NCBI GenBank assembly: GCA_002840635.1
Contig: PHBN01000002.1
Span: 1-48,190, forward strand
Length of the DNA stretch: 48,190 bases
Direction of reading: 5' to 3'
From: Deltaproteobacteria bacterium HGW-Deltaproteobacteria-1
Lineage (GTDB): Bacteria > Desulfobacterota > Syntrophia > Syntrophales > Smithellaceae
Shown here piece after piece: positions 33,299 to 42,278 of this stretch (the stretch's first letter is position 1; each line of letters starts with the position of its first letter). The notes beneath the pieces were generated by a model. That model had not been told where the DNA came from. It ran no database searches and saw only the letters and a program-made list of their open reading frames with translations. A program made the position numbers and the translations under genes.

Positions 33299-36135
33299 GT
33301 CTGGTATTAATGACAAAGCAAACGTTGTTTATTAAGCGGATGACCGAAAATCAAGAACAAGCGAAATGGGGTTTTGAGATTCTACTCAAGCAGCAAAATT
33401 TCGCTGAATATTTTGGCCACTTAAAAGATGCTGGCCTTTTTGCTCCAGAACATAATTTGGATCCGATACAATCCGAGGACAGCAGGTTTGTGCGAATCCC
33501 CTATTGGAGTGCGCTTGACTATTTGGTGGCGGTTGCGAAGCAGGCTGGGGCCAACAAAGACATCCCGTTAGCACGAAAGGTTATGGACGTCATTCGCACC
33601 GTAAGTGGCTTTTGCGGTTCCGATGGTAGAAGTCGTGACAATTATCATACCTATATGAAATTTGCCGAAATTCTCGGTCTTCTGCCAACGGCTTCAATTG
33701 AAAAAGAAGACCTCAGTCTTATCCCGATCTGGCTGAGCAGCAAATACGACCGAGGAATGGTTGGTCATTCCCTTGATATAGGAGCACTAAGGCAGTTGCT
33801 AGCGAGCGAAGCGCCTGACGACTGGGAAAAAGCCGTCATAATACTTGACTATTGCACGGCTATTCTTTGGGCTGAGGAAAAAGGCGTTAGTAAAGGGCGG
33901 AAGAAGCCGGTAGCAGTTATTGAGGGCTACTGGTTTAAGGAACTGATCAAACACCATGTAGATATCTTCGGCGCTAAGACAGGCAGAGAAGCGGCTCAGA
34001 TATTCCGTAATAGGCTTTCGGTAATTTTTGGTGAAGAATTCGGCGATCTTCCGACCTACTTGAGCCGACCAGCTGTTGAGGATCATCCGCAAAACCATTC
34101 GTGGGATGAAGTTGTCAACGGAATTGTCGAAGGACTTCGAGATGTCTTATTGTCCTGGATTGAAAACAAGTCAGAGAGTGCTTCTGCATTTGTTGAAGAG
34201 ATCCTTGAAGATAAAGACGAGATGGTTCGTCGGATCGCCATTTATATTCTTGCTCAGCGATGGTCTGTGCTGAAAAGTCTCTATAAGAATATTATTAGCA
34301 CCCACCTCTTTGATTCGAGAAATATCCACGAAACATACCACTTACTCAAAGATCGCTTTTCCGAATTCAGCGATTCGGAAAAGGCCTTAACACTTGAGGC
34401 GATTCGCCAGTTGTCACCACCAGATCATGAAGATCCGGAGCGGCTTCTGAAGCACACGCAGCGAAACTGGCTGTCAGCAATCGCGGGAAAGGGATATGAG
34501 CCAGCTGACAGCTGGTTTAGGGAACTCGATACTGACCCGAACATAGGCAGACTGTCAGAGCATCCTGATTTTCACTCCTATATGGAGACATGGTCTGGTC
34601 CAGGCCCTTCACCCTATTCAACCCAAGAACTGCTTGCGTTTGCAGAGGACGGCAGCTTAATAAAAAGATTAACCGAGTTTCAGCAATCCAGTGATTGGCA
34701 AGGCCCGTCAACCCCATCAATTAAAGCTCTCGTTGATACACTTGAGGAAATTGTAGGAAGCAATCCCCGAAAATTTCTTCAGCTCCTGCCGGCATTCCTT
34801 GATGCCAAAAGGCCATATCAGTATGGTATCATCAATGGTTTCAAAAGTATCTGGGATAAACCTAAGGATAAACAGCAGGATCTTGACTGGGACGTCGTAT
34901 GGGGCCGATTAATTGATTTTTTTGTACAGTTGCTGGATAAACCTGATTTCTGGACAGAAGAAGTAGTCAATGATCATGATTTAACCCCCACTCGTGACTG
35001 GATTCCACCAATAATTGCTGAATTTCTGCATGCTGGTACGAGAGATGACAGTAAAGCCTATCCACCAAAATTTCTTACGAGTACGTTTGCGTTAATAAAA
35101 ATTTTATTAGAGAAATTGGAGCCCGTTGATGATGCGAAAGAGGATGCCATGTTTCAGGCAATCAACTCATCCAAGGGTAAGGCGATTGAAGCACTTTTTA
35201 GCCATACACTCAGGGTGTGCCGCATCAGCGACAAAGAGCGGGGAGATCATACGGAAGCTTGGAAAGATATCAAGCCAACCTTTGATGTAGAACTGGCAAA
35301 ATGCGAGAATACCAATTACGAATTCTCCACTCTGGCGGCGGCTTATCTTACAAATATAGATTACATTAGCCACGACTGGCTGTTGCCAAGTATTGATAAG
35401 ATTTTCCCTAAAGACTTCCCGGAAAATTTTGCATGTGCCATAGACGGATTGGCTTATGCATCAGCATCTCGATCAATCTATCAGCTGTTACTTGAACATG
35501 GAGTGCTGGACAGAGCTTTGCGTCTAAATCGGACTCGAAAGCAAGCTCACAAAAAAATCATTGAACGGATCGCGCTTGCTTATCTCTTGGGCGATGAAAC
35601 ACTGACTTCGCCGAGGTTATCTTATCTGTTCGAAGGGGACCAGATTGAGGATCTTCAAGATGCCATCGGGTTTTTTTCAAATGCAAGAATGCAGGAGTTG
35701 ACGAAAGAACAAATCGAACGGATCATCTGTTTTTGGGAAAAATGCGTGACTTGGGCGGAAGCTTTGACCGAACCGCCGAAATTGCTTCTTTCGAGATTAA
35801 GCCTTTTGATTTGTTACATATCTGTACTTACAGATAGAGAAATCAGACTTTTGATGGCGGTAGCACCGTATATAGATGTTGAATATCGTGCCGACACGTT
35901 TATCGAAGAACTCGATCGCTTGCTTGAGAAAGATCCTGCAACGGTTAGCCTTGTGTTAGGAAAGGCTCTCGAAACATATCAGCCGGACTTTGACTATGAA
36001 GATCGACTGAAGAATCTTCTGAAAAAATTGGCTCAAAGAGGGAGACGCGACGATGTTCTTCGTTACATTGATCGTGTAAGAAGACTTCCTGGAGTTGACG
36101 AGTTATTCAAACAATTGACCGGCGTGTCGATATAA
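33295..36135 (+). CDS. 946-aa protein of unknown function, apparently all-helical repeat-like
   Basis: The GTG start overlaps the SIR2 gene stop (GTGA at 33295-33298), which implies translational coupling. I see no catalytic or NTP-binding motif. The sequence is rich in amphipathic helix-like segments. Confidence 0.75.
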   Translation: MSLVLMTKQTLFIKRMTENQEQAKWGFEILLKQQNFAEYFGHLKDAGLFAPEHNLDPIQSEDSRFVRIPYWSALDYLVAVAKQAGANKDIPLARKVMDVIRTVSGFCGSDGRSRDNYHTYMKFAEILGLLPTASIEKEDLSLIPIWLSSKYDRGMVGHSLDIGALRQLLASEAPDDWEKAVIILDYCTAILWAEEKGVSKGRKKPVAVIEGYWFKELIKHHVDIFGAKTGREAAQIFRNRLSVIFGEEFGDLPTYLSRPAVEDHPQNHSWDEVVNGIVEGLRDVLLSWIENKSESASAFVEEILEDKDEMVRRIAIYILAQRWSVLKSLYKNIISTHLFDSRNIHETYHLLKDRFSEFSDSEKALTLEAIRQLSPPDHEDPERLLKHTQRNWLSAIAGKGYEPADSWFRELDTDPNIGRLSEHPDFHSYMETWSGPGPSPYSTQELLAFAEDGSLIKRLTEFQQSSDWQGPSTPSIKALVDTLEEIVGSNPRKFLQLLPAFLDAKRPYQYGIINGFKSIWDKPKDKQQDLDWDVVWGRLIDFFVQLLDKPDFWTEEVVNDHDLTPTRDWIPPIIAEFLHAGTRDDSKAYPPKFLTSTFALIKILLEKLEPVDDAKEDAMFQAINSSKGKAIEALFSHTLRVCRISDKERGDHTEAWKDIKPTFDVELAKCENTNYEFSTLAAAYLTNIDYISHDWLLPSIDKIFPKDFPENFACAIDGLAYASASRSIYQLLLEHGVLDRALRLNRTRKQAHKKIIERIALAYLLGDETLTSPRLSYLFEGDQIEDLQDAIGFFSNARMQELTKEQIERIICFWEKCVTWAEALTEPPKLLLSRLSLLICYISVLTDREIRLLMAVAPYIDVEYRADTFIEELDRLLEKDPATVSLVLGKALETYQPDFDYEDRLKNLLKKLAQRGRRDDVLRYIDRVRRLPGVDELFKQLTGVSI

Positions 36136-36179
36136 GAGTCACATCATTTCTAACGTAACTATACGATCCCTGAAAAGAA

Positions 36180-39100
36180 ATGGAACCACAAAATATGGGA
36201 ATAGATTGTTTACATTCAATTCTTGTTGGTCTCAAGCCGACAGGACCGACCGGATTTGAAGGATTAGTTCGAGAACTATTGGAATGTTGGACAGGACAAA
36301 GATTTCGTTTGGCACGCTCAGGAAGCCAATCAGGCAAAGACGCAACTTCAGATTCTTCTTTCGGTACTGTGATTGCCGCTGAGATGAAACGGTATGAGCA
36401 ACAATCTACTCTCAGCTTGCGCCAGCTTCTGGGTGGATTTTCTGAAGCCATACAAACCTTTCCCGATCTTGATCTTTGGGTTTTAGCAGCAACAAAGGAA
36501 ATTGGTGACAAAGAAGCCGAGGGGCTTAAAAAGCAAGCAGAACTTGCAGGTATTGAGAATCTAATCCTGGATTCGAGGGCTGATGGCAGTGGTTATCTTG
36601 AAACGTTCTGTGCAAGATATCCAGATGTTATTAAGGATTATTTCCGCAGGAACATTCCGGGCAGCGATATTGAAGACTTGGACTCAAGAATCAGATGTAT
36701 CCAGAATCATGCAAATTACGAAAAATTTGTTAGACAACTGGATGATATACTGAATGCCGCGGTTTTCGGCTTCAACGGTACACGTAATAGCGCATTTCAG
36801 TGGTTGAATAGCCATATTGATACTCGAACAGAATCAATGGCCGCATTTCTTCAAGACATTGGATTGCGTGACACAAATCGCCAAACGCCTATTATCCGTA
36901 CTCGCCTGAATATCCAATTCGATTCCTGGTGGGAAAACAGAAATGCGGATTCGGCGCATGCTGTCCTTCTTGGGGAAGAGGGTACTGGAAAAACCTGGGC
37001 TGTTATGGCTTGGCTGGCAAACAAGTTCGACGACGAAGCCAGTCCTATTCTCCTGCCCATTACGTCGGCTCAATTATCGGAGACCACAGACCTTTACACA
37101 CTTATCAGTGAGACGTTGATAAAACGATGCGGGAAAACGGATACTTTCTGGAAGAAGCGTCTGGACGGATGGATGAGTCATCCGAGAACCAATGGGCCAT
37201 TATTTCTTCTTTATCTCGATGGCTTAAATGAGAAACCCAACTTTCTCTGGCGCAATTTAATTGCACAAGCTAATTCCCGCGATTGGTATGGACGCATAAC
37301 CATATTCATGACCAGCCGCAAGGAATTTTATAAGACAAAGGTGGCTTCTAGGGCTTCAGGCGTTAGAGAAATCGAAACGACTGGCTACGATAACACTGAA
37401 CTTAACCAGGAATTGGATCGTGCCGGTATATCAAGACCGACCGTAATCCCAGAAGATCTGCGATCCTTAATTCGGAAACCACGATATTGCGATTTGGCAC
37501 TGCAATATTTTAAGAATCTTTTGGTAAGCGGTGACCTTACAGTTGAACGCCTACTTTATCAAGATTATAAAGATAGAGTGGAACGTAAGCTAAATCATCC
37601 CGTTATGGACGATGATTTCAATCAGATACTATGTGATCTGGCAAAGAAATACATGTCTGGAGCGCGTGTTTTTGGCAAAGCAGATCTTGTGACGATTCTT
37701 CCAGGATCGGATGAAGGCGATACCATTCTACAGGAAATTATTGATGGCGGTCTCTTGGTAAGGACGAATCAGTTATCGGCACCTTATCGCGTGGAACCCC
37801 GGAGGCTTGTCTATGGATTGGGAATGCTTCTTGCCGATCATGTAGCTAATGAACCATGCGTATCAATTGACGAATATACCAATGCAGCACAAAAATGGTT
37901 GGAACCGCAATCGGATATGGAACTGAAGGTTTCTGTAGCTGGCGCAGCAGCATTTATAAGCATCGTGGATAAGAATTTTCCGGTGAACGCCAGGCGGGCA
38001 CTGCTAAGGCTTTGGATCGGATCGCGCAACATGACGGACATACAGGAGAGGGCTGTGACTGCGTATCTGCCTGATTGTGCGTCTGATATCGTGGAGGTAG
38101 CCAATGTTTTTTGGAGCACGGGGCAAGACAATGGCATTGCGCAGGAGAGGTTAGCGGCGGCCTTCCTAAAACACCGTGATGACTCAAAGGTCAAGCCCAT
38201 ACTGGCCGCCGCCTGCAAACGTTGGATGAGTTATGTCAATATTAATGGACACCCATTGGAGCGGGGGGCAAACGATGCAAATATAGATGAACTTAGGCAG
38301 GCCTTATTCAATCGTTTAGGTAAGAAAGTTGCCAGCGGAGATAATACGACTTTCTATGGTCGGGATTTTTTAATTACCGAAGATGACAATCTGTTACGTA
38401 TGGCCAGGTTCGCAATGTTCCTCATATCTGCGGGAGACAGGCTACCCTTCATAGAGTCTTTCTTTCAATGGGCCATTTCTAGACGTTTAATGGGTCGATA
38501 TTCGGAATTTGATGAGGCCGCATGGGTTCTACGTCTTTCAGATGAAGACCTCTGGCCCGCTTTTGGGACTAATTTAATGCAAATGGCCATGTCTGAGGAT
38601 GACACGCTTAAGAGGGCAGCTAGCCTTCTTTCAACATGCATAGGGAGCCGAGCTTCAAATGAACTAGTTGAAAGCCACCTTCAAGGCCTTTCTTCAGCGT
38701 CAGCACTGCAAATAGAATACAAAAAAGACCCTTACGCCAGTATTTTTGCCTTGCCTTCCCGCGACGACTGCGAACCATGCATGGCCAGAGATGATCTTTC
38801 AATATGGCACATTGTACAGAAAATCACTAATTACATCAATGATCCGGAGGTTGCAGCTCCGGAAGGATTCATCGGCCGATTGCGTGAAACAGTGTCATTG
38901 CTCCCAGTCACGGGTTATTGTGCTACGTTCGGCCATACCATTGAAGATCATCAAATCGAGACCTATCTCCCGGTTCTCGCGCGTTTTGCCTATCAAAACT
39001 TAGCAGAGTTGATGCGGAAGACCGTACATACGCTGGATCAAAGAAATGAAGAGGGCGTCCGCCAACTTCTGATCAATATTCCCGAATTCGGAATTGTCCT

Positions 39101-40910
39101 ACAGGACCCAGAGCTTGCTATTCTCGACAAGTTTCTGGCGATATACCACCGAAAGGTATGTATATGGCCGAATCATCGTGACGGTGTACCTCTTGATAGC
39201 GAAATATTTGCCGAGTCGCGTGGGGCACTTGCCCGCATCATGCATATGACGGCCGATGAGTCCGCTGTGTTTATTCTGAATCGGCCAGAGAAGGCTTTGG
39301 ATTTGGAATCTCTTGGCCGCTGGTTTCAGCCTTTACCCGCAGAAACAATCAGAGATTTTTTATCGCGATTTTTAACAGAATCGTCAACTGTTACTCAGCA
39401 TAGAATCCTGTGGCTGCTATATAATGCAAAGCCTGTTCTTTCCGATACCCATAGGTATATATTGATCCAATGGATGGAAAGCAGGTGTAACGTCCTTGAA
39501 TATTGTGCTTTTCAATTTGCGTGGTTATCCGGTGACCAAAACCTCGTCGATCATGTCCTCCAGCAAGAGGGCTTCTTGCACCCTGAAACGAGCAGAATTG
39601 ACACTTGGGTTGCAAATATTTATAAAAGATATGGTCGTGAAGTACCTTTTCAAAAACTAGCTCAACGTCTTCCGCTGGAATGGGTCGGCACTATTATCTG
39701 TGGTGATTCATGTCGATCATGTGATGTTCAACTTTTTGCCAATCTCCTAGATGAAGTCTGGGAACTTATTGCTCAGGATGAGAAATTAGATGATATGGAA
39801 TTTCTATCGCCACAGGTGGAAGAAGATCAAGAAGCCGGTGCTACTTTCTTCCACTATAGAGAGCCGACATCTGACCGTTCGATTCGCTATGTCTCGTTAT
39901 TCACGTCTTGGCGTAGTGGAAGATCGGAAGAAAATAATGTCAACCCCAATTTTTCTTTACAGGATTCTCCCGAAGACTTTGCCACAAGACAACATACCTT
40001 CAATAAGCAAATCGAGGTTTTGGTGCAGGATGAAAAAACGCGCTGGCGGTATTGTCAATTAGACACAAACGTATTGACTCGTGTTTGCCGAGACCATGTC
40101 GAAATGGTTAATAAGTGGATTGATGCAGTTTTAGAAGGCAATTCTAAAAAAGATCTCCTCCTTATTTGTAGTGGTTTTTACCAATCCTTAAGTGCTGCTC
40201 TTTTCACCATAGGACACCCCCAGGGCGTTCTTCTTTGGAGAAAAATCCGCGAGCATCCACATCAAGTCAACTTTAATAATAAGCATGCGGGAGCTGATTG
40301 GATGACTTGTCTACCTTTTGCCGCATTGCCTTCCGCAGACGCAGACAATACCGCAGTTGAACTACTGGATAACTGTCACAGTGATATAGGTCTTTTGGAA
40401 CTAGCCACTGTCGCCTGTGCGTATAAACGACAAACATGGATTCTGGAAAAGACTGAGGATCTTATTGGCAAGCCACAGTTATGGCTCAGGGCAAAAGGTC
40501 TCATGTTGCTTTCCCTAGCTGATATGGATTGTGAAATTGACAGACTCATACAATCTTCTGATATTGGAGGAACATGGGTAGAAAAACTGCTCCCACAAAT
40601 CGAATATTTGCACGATAGAAACCGATGGGCACGCCACTGGTATAACCGTTTTCTGACAGTTGCCGAAAATGATGAAGCCTTCGCTTGTTTCCTGCTTGTC
40701 CTAAAGTGCATAGATAGGCGATTCCACCTTTGGATGGATGAACTTGATGAGGAAGCACAAAAGTCTGGTGCCATGGATGAAAAAAGAAAGAAATTCCGGA
40801 TCACCAATAATGATCAAATTGAGAGGGCAATTAAAGAAAATGAAAAAGAGTTAGACAATCATTTTTTGACGTTGAAATTTGAGAAAGGACAAGTGCTACC
40901 ATTTTTATGA
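36180..40910 (+). CDS. 1576-aa protein: N-terminal Mrr-like PD-(D/E)xK nuclease, then STAND/NACHT-like P-loop NTPase, then a ~1200-aa C-terminal region
   Basis: FEGLVRELLECW...SGKDAT...VIAAEMKRY (D54, E68-x-K70) resembles the Mrr/restriction-endonuclease core. Walker A is LLGEEGTGKTW (nt 36972-36995). Walker B is LFLLYLDGLNE (around nt 37218-37232), which resembles the hhhhDGLDE motif of NACHT/STAND proteins. Confidence 0.8.
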   Translation: MEPQNMGIDCLHSILVGLKPTGPTGFEGLVRELLECWTGQRFRLARSGSQSGKDATSDSSFGTVIAAEMKRYEQQSTLSLRQLLGGFSEAIQTFPDLDLWVLAATKEIGDKEAEGLKKQAELAGIENLILDSRADGSGYLETFCARYPDVIKDYFRRNIPGSDIEDLDSRIRCIQNHANYEKFVRQLDDILNAAVFGFNGTRNSAFQWLNSHIDTRTESMAAFLQDIGLRDTNRQTPIIRTRLNIQFDSWWENRNADSAHAVLLGEEGTGKTWAVMAWLANKFDDEASPILLPITSAQLSETTDLYTLISETLIKRCGKTDTFWKKRLDGWMSHPRTNGPLFLLYLDGLNEKPNFLWRNLIAQANSRDWYGRITIFMTSRKEFYKTKVASRASGVREIETTGYDNTELNQELDRAGISRPTVIPEDLRSLIRKPRYCDLALQYFKNLLVSGDLTVERLLYQDYKDRVERKLNHPVMDDDFNQILCDLAKKYMSGARVFGKADLVTILPGSDEGDTILQEIIDGGLLVRTNQLSAPYRVEPRRLVYGLGMLLADHVANEPCVSIDEYTNAAQKWLEPQSDMELKVSVAGAAAFISIVDKNFPVNARRALLRLWIGSRNMTDIQERAVTAYLPDCASDIVEVANVFWSTGQDNGIAQERLAAAFLKHRDDSKVKPILAAACKRWMSYVNINGHPLERGANDANIDELRQALFNRLGKKVASGDNTTFYGRDFLITEDDNLLRMARFAMFLISAGDRLPFIESFFQWAISRRLMGRYSEFDEAAWVLRLSDEDLWPAFGTNLMQMAMSEDDTLKRAASLLSTCIGSRASNELVESHLQGLSSASALQIEYKKDPYASIFALPSRDDCEPCMARDDLSIWHIVQKITNYINDPEVAAPEGFIGRLRETVSLLPVTGYCATFGHTIEDHQIETYLPVLARFAYQNLAELMRKTVHTLDQRNEEGVRQLLINIPEFGIVLQDPELAILDKFLAIYHRKVCIWPNHRDGVPLDSEIFAESRGALARIMHMTADESAVFILNRPEKALDLESLGRWFQPLPAETIRDFLSRFLTESSTVTQHRILWLLYNAKPVLSDTHRYILIQWMESRCNVLEYCAFQFAWLSGDQNLVDHVLQQEGFLHPETSRIDTWVANIYKRYGREVPFQKLAQRLPLEWVGTIICGDSCRSCDVQLFANLLDEVWELIAQDEKLDDMEFLSPQVEEDQEAGATFFHYREPTSDRSIRYVSLFTSWRSGRSEENNVNPNFSLQDSPEDFATRQHTFNKQIEVLVQDEKTRWRYCQLDTNVLTRVCRDHVEMVNKWIDAVLEGNSKKDLLLICSGFYQSLSAALFTIGHPQGVLLWRKIREHPHQVNFNNKHAGADWMTCLPFAALPSADADNTAVELLDNCHSDIGLLELATVACAYKRQTWILEKTEDLIGKPQLWLRAKGLMLLSLADMDCEIDRLIQSSDIGGTWVEKLLPQIEYLHDRNRWARHWYNRFLTVAENDEAFACFLLVLKCIDRRFHLWMDELDEEAQKSGAMDEKRKKFRITNNDQIERAIKENEKELDNHFLTLKFEKGQVLPFL

Positions 40911-41224
40911 TGCTCTTTTGACAATGTCTGGCTATTTCGGGTAAAGATCATAAGTAGATGAATGAGACTATATAGAGAAAACTTTCATAATGATTATATT
41001 TGAAATCGTATATATAATTCTACGTTAATGATCTGTAAATTACAGAGGAAGGAACAAATAGCCTCCATAATCAAGACAATAGCCCCCTATAAAATGCACC
41101 TTTTCTTTCGTATTCATTGATTCAGGCTGATCGGCAAATCTTTTTGCCTATTGGTAATCTACCTATAATAAGGTAGTCGAATATGTACAAAAAGCATTTT
41201 CAAATCCCATTTTCAACGAGTAGT

Positions 41225-41288
41225 AATTTCACTTTATGTGCAAAATAATTTCACTTTATGCGCAAAGAATTTCATTTTATGTGCAAAC
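41225..41288 (+). repeat. three tandem direct repeats of 21-22 bp
   Basis: AATTTCACTTTATGTGCAAAAT, then AATTTCACTTTATGCGCAAAG, then AATTTCATTTTATGTGCAAAC. Confidence 0.95.
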
Positions 41289-41341
41289 TTACATAGCCGA
41301 TTCATCTTGTCAGAATCCGCTTGACTTTTTTTCACATATAT

Positions 41342-41383
41342 TTAACCATCTGGTTAAACCTTATGGTTGAATCAGATGGTTAA
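41342..41383. promoter_or_regulatory. TetR-type operator candidate (nested palindromes)
   Basis: TTAACCATCTGGTTAA at 41342-41357 is a 6-4-6 palindrome. TTAACCATCTG at 41342-41352 is the exact inverted repeat of CAGATGGTTAA at 41373-41383. TTGACT lies ~15 nt upstream. Confidence 0.5.
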
Positions 41384-41501
41384 TGCGGTATTTTCGTCAC
41401 GGGAATTAAACCCGGCAGATGAATTCCCGCCGGCAAATCTCCGACGGCCGCTGCATGGACCGAAGGGGGCAATTTCAAATGCTTTGTTTCGGAAAAGGAC
41501 C

Positions 41502-42164
41502 ATGGATCACAGAAAACGGAAACCGGCATTAATTAAAAAGCAAATGGATTTCAGGGAACCGGGAAAGACGGCCGAGAAGATTCTGGCTGCTGCAAGGAAG
41601 GTTTTTGCCGAAAACGGCTACAGCGGGACACACATGGACGAGATTGCCGCACGGGCAGGTGTCAACAAGGCCACGCTTTACTATCAGATCGGCGACAAGG
41701 ACACACTCTACGCCAATGTCATACATCAGGTTCTGGGGAACGTCGCCCAGGACATCGCTGAATCTGTAGCGAAAGCGGACAATCCTGAAGAGAAACTGAA
41801 AATATACATCAACTGTATCGCCTCTGCGGTGGACGAGAATCCCGAAATTCCGCCGATTATGATGCGGGAGATGGCCTCGGGCGGCACACATTTGCCCCGT
41901 GTTGTCGCTGAAGATATGGCGTCAGTTGTGACGATTCTGCTGGGCATTCTGGAAGATGGGACACACAAGGGAATATTCGTGGAGAAAGCGCCATTTCTCA
42001 TTCACATGATGATCGTGGGTACAATTCTTTTTTATAAAAAAGGCGCCCCTATTAAGGAGAAGCAGTTGTGGCTGCCGGCCGCGCTCAAATCCCGTGATAA
42101 AAAACTTATGGGAAGTTTGGGGGATGAGGTGGGAAGGCTTGTTCTCAGGGCGATAAAAAAATGA
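41502..42164 (+). CDS. TetR/AcrR-family transcriptional regulator
   Basis: The HTH reads EKILAAARKVFAENGYSGTHMDEIAARAGVNKATLYYQIGDKDTLY. The ORF-track TTG start at 41367 lies inside the operator palindromes, so a start at 41502 or 41544 is more likely. The start remains uncertain. Confidence 0.8.
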   Translation: MDHRKRKPALIKKQMDFREPGKTAEKILAAARKVFAENGYSGTHMDEIAARAGVNKATLYYQIGDKDTLYANVIHQVLGNVAQDIAESVAKADNPEEKLKIYINCIASAVDENPEIPPIMMREMASGGTHLPRVVAEDMASVVTILLGILEDGTHKGIFVEKAPFLIHMMIVGTILFYKKGAPIKEKQLWLPAALKSRDKKLMGSLGDEVGRLVLRAIKK

Positions 42165-42278
42165 TGGTTTTGTCCCGTTTGCGTAAGTGGTACTGTTCTA
42201 AAGAGAGGTTCGGCATCCTTTGAATGGTAGTATTTTAGAGTTCATCAAACTGAAGAATTTTAGTCTGGAGTAAAGCCT

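Noticed and set aside
36107-36511. 134-aa minus-strand ORF spanning the 946-aa/STAND gene junction
   Set aside because: It overlaps the ends of two strongly supported plus-strand genes and has no motif or ribosome-binding site.
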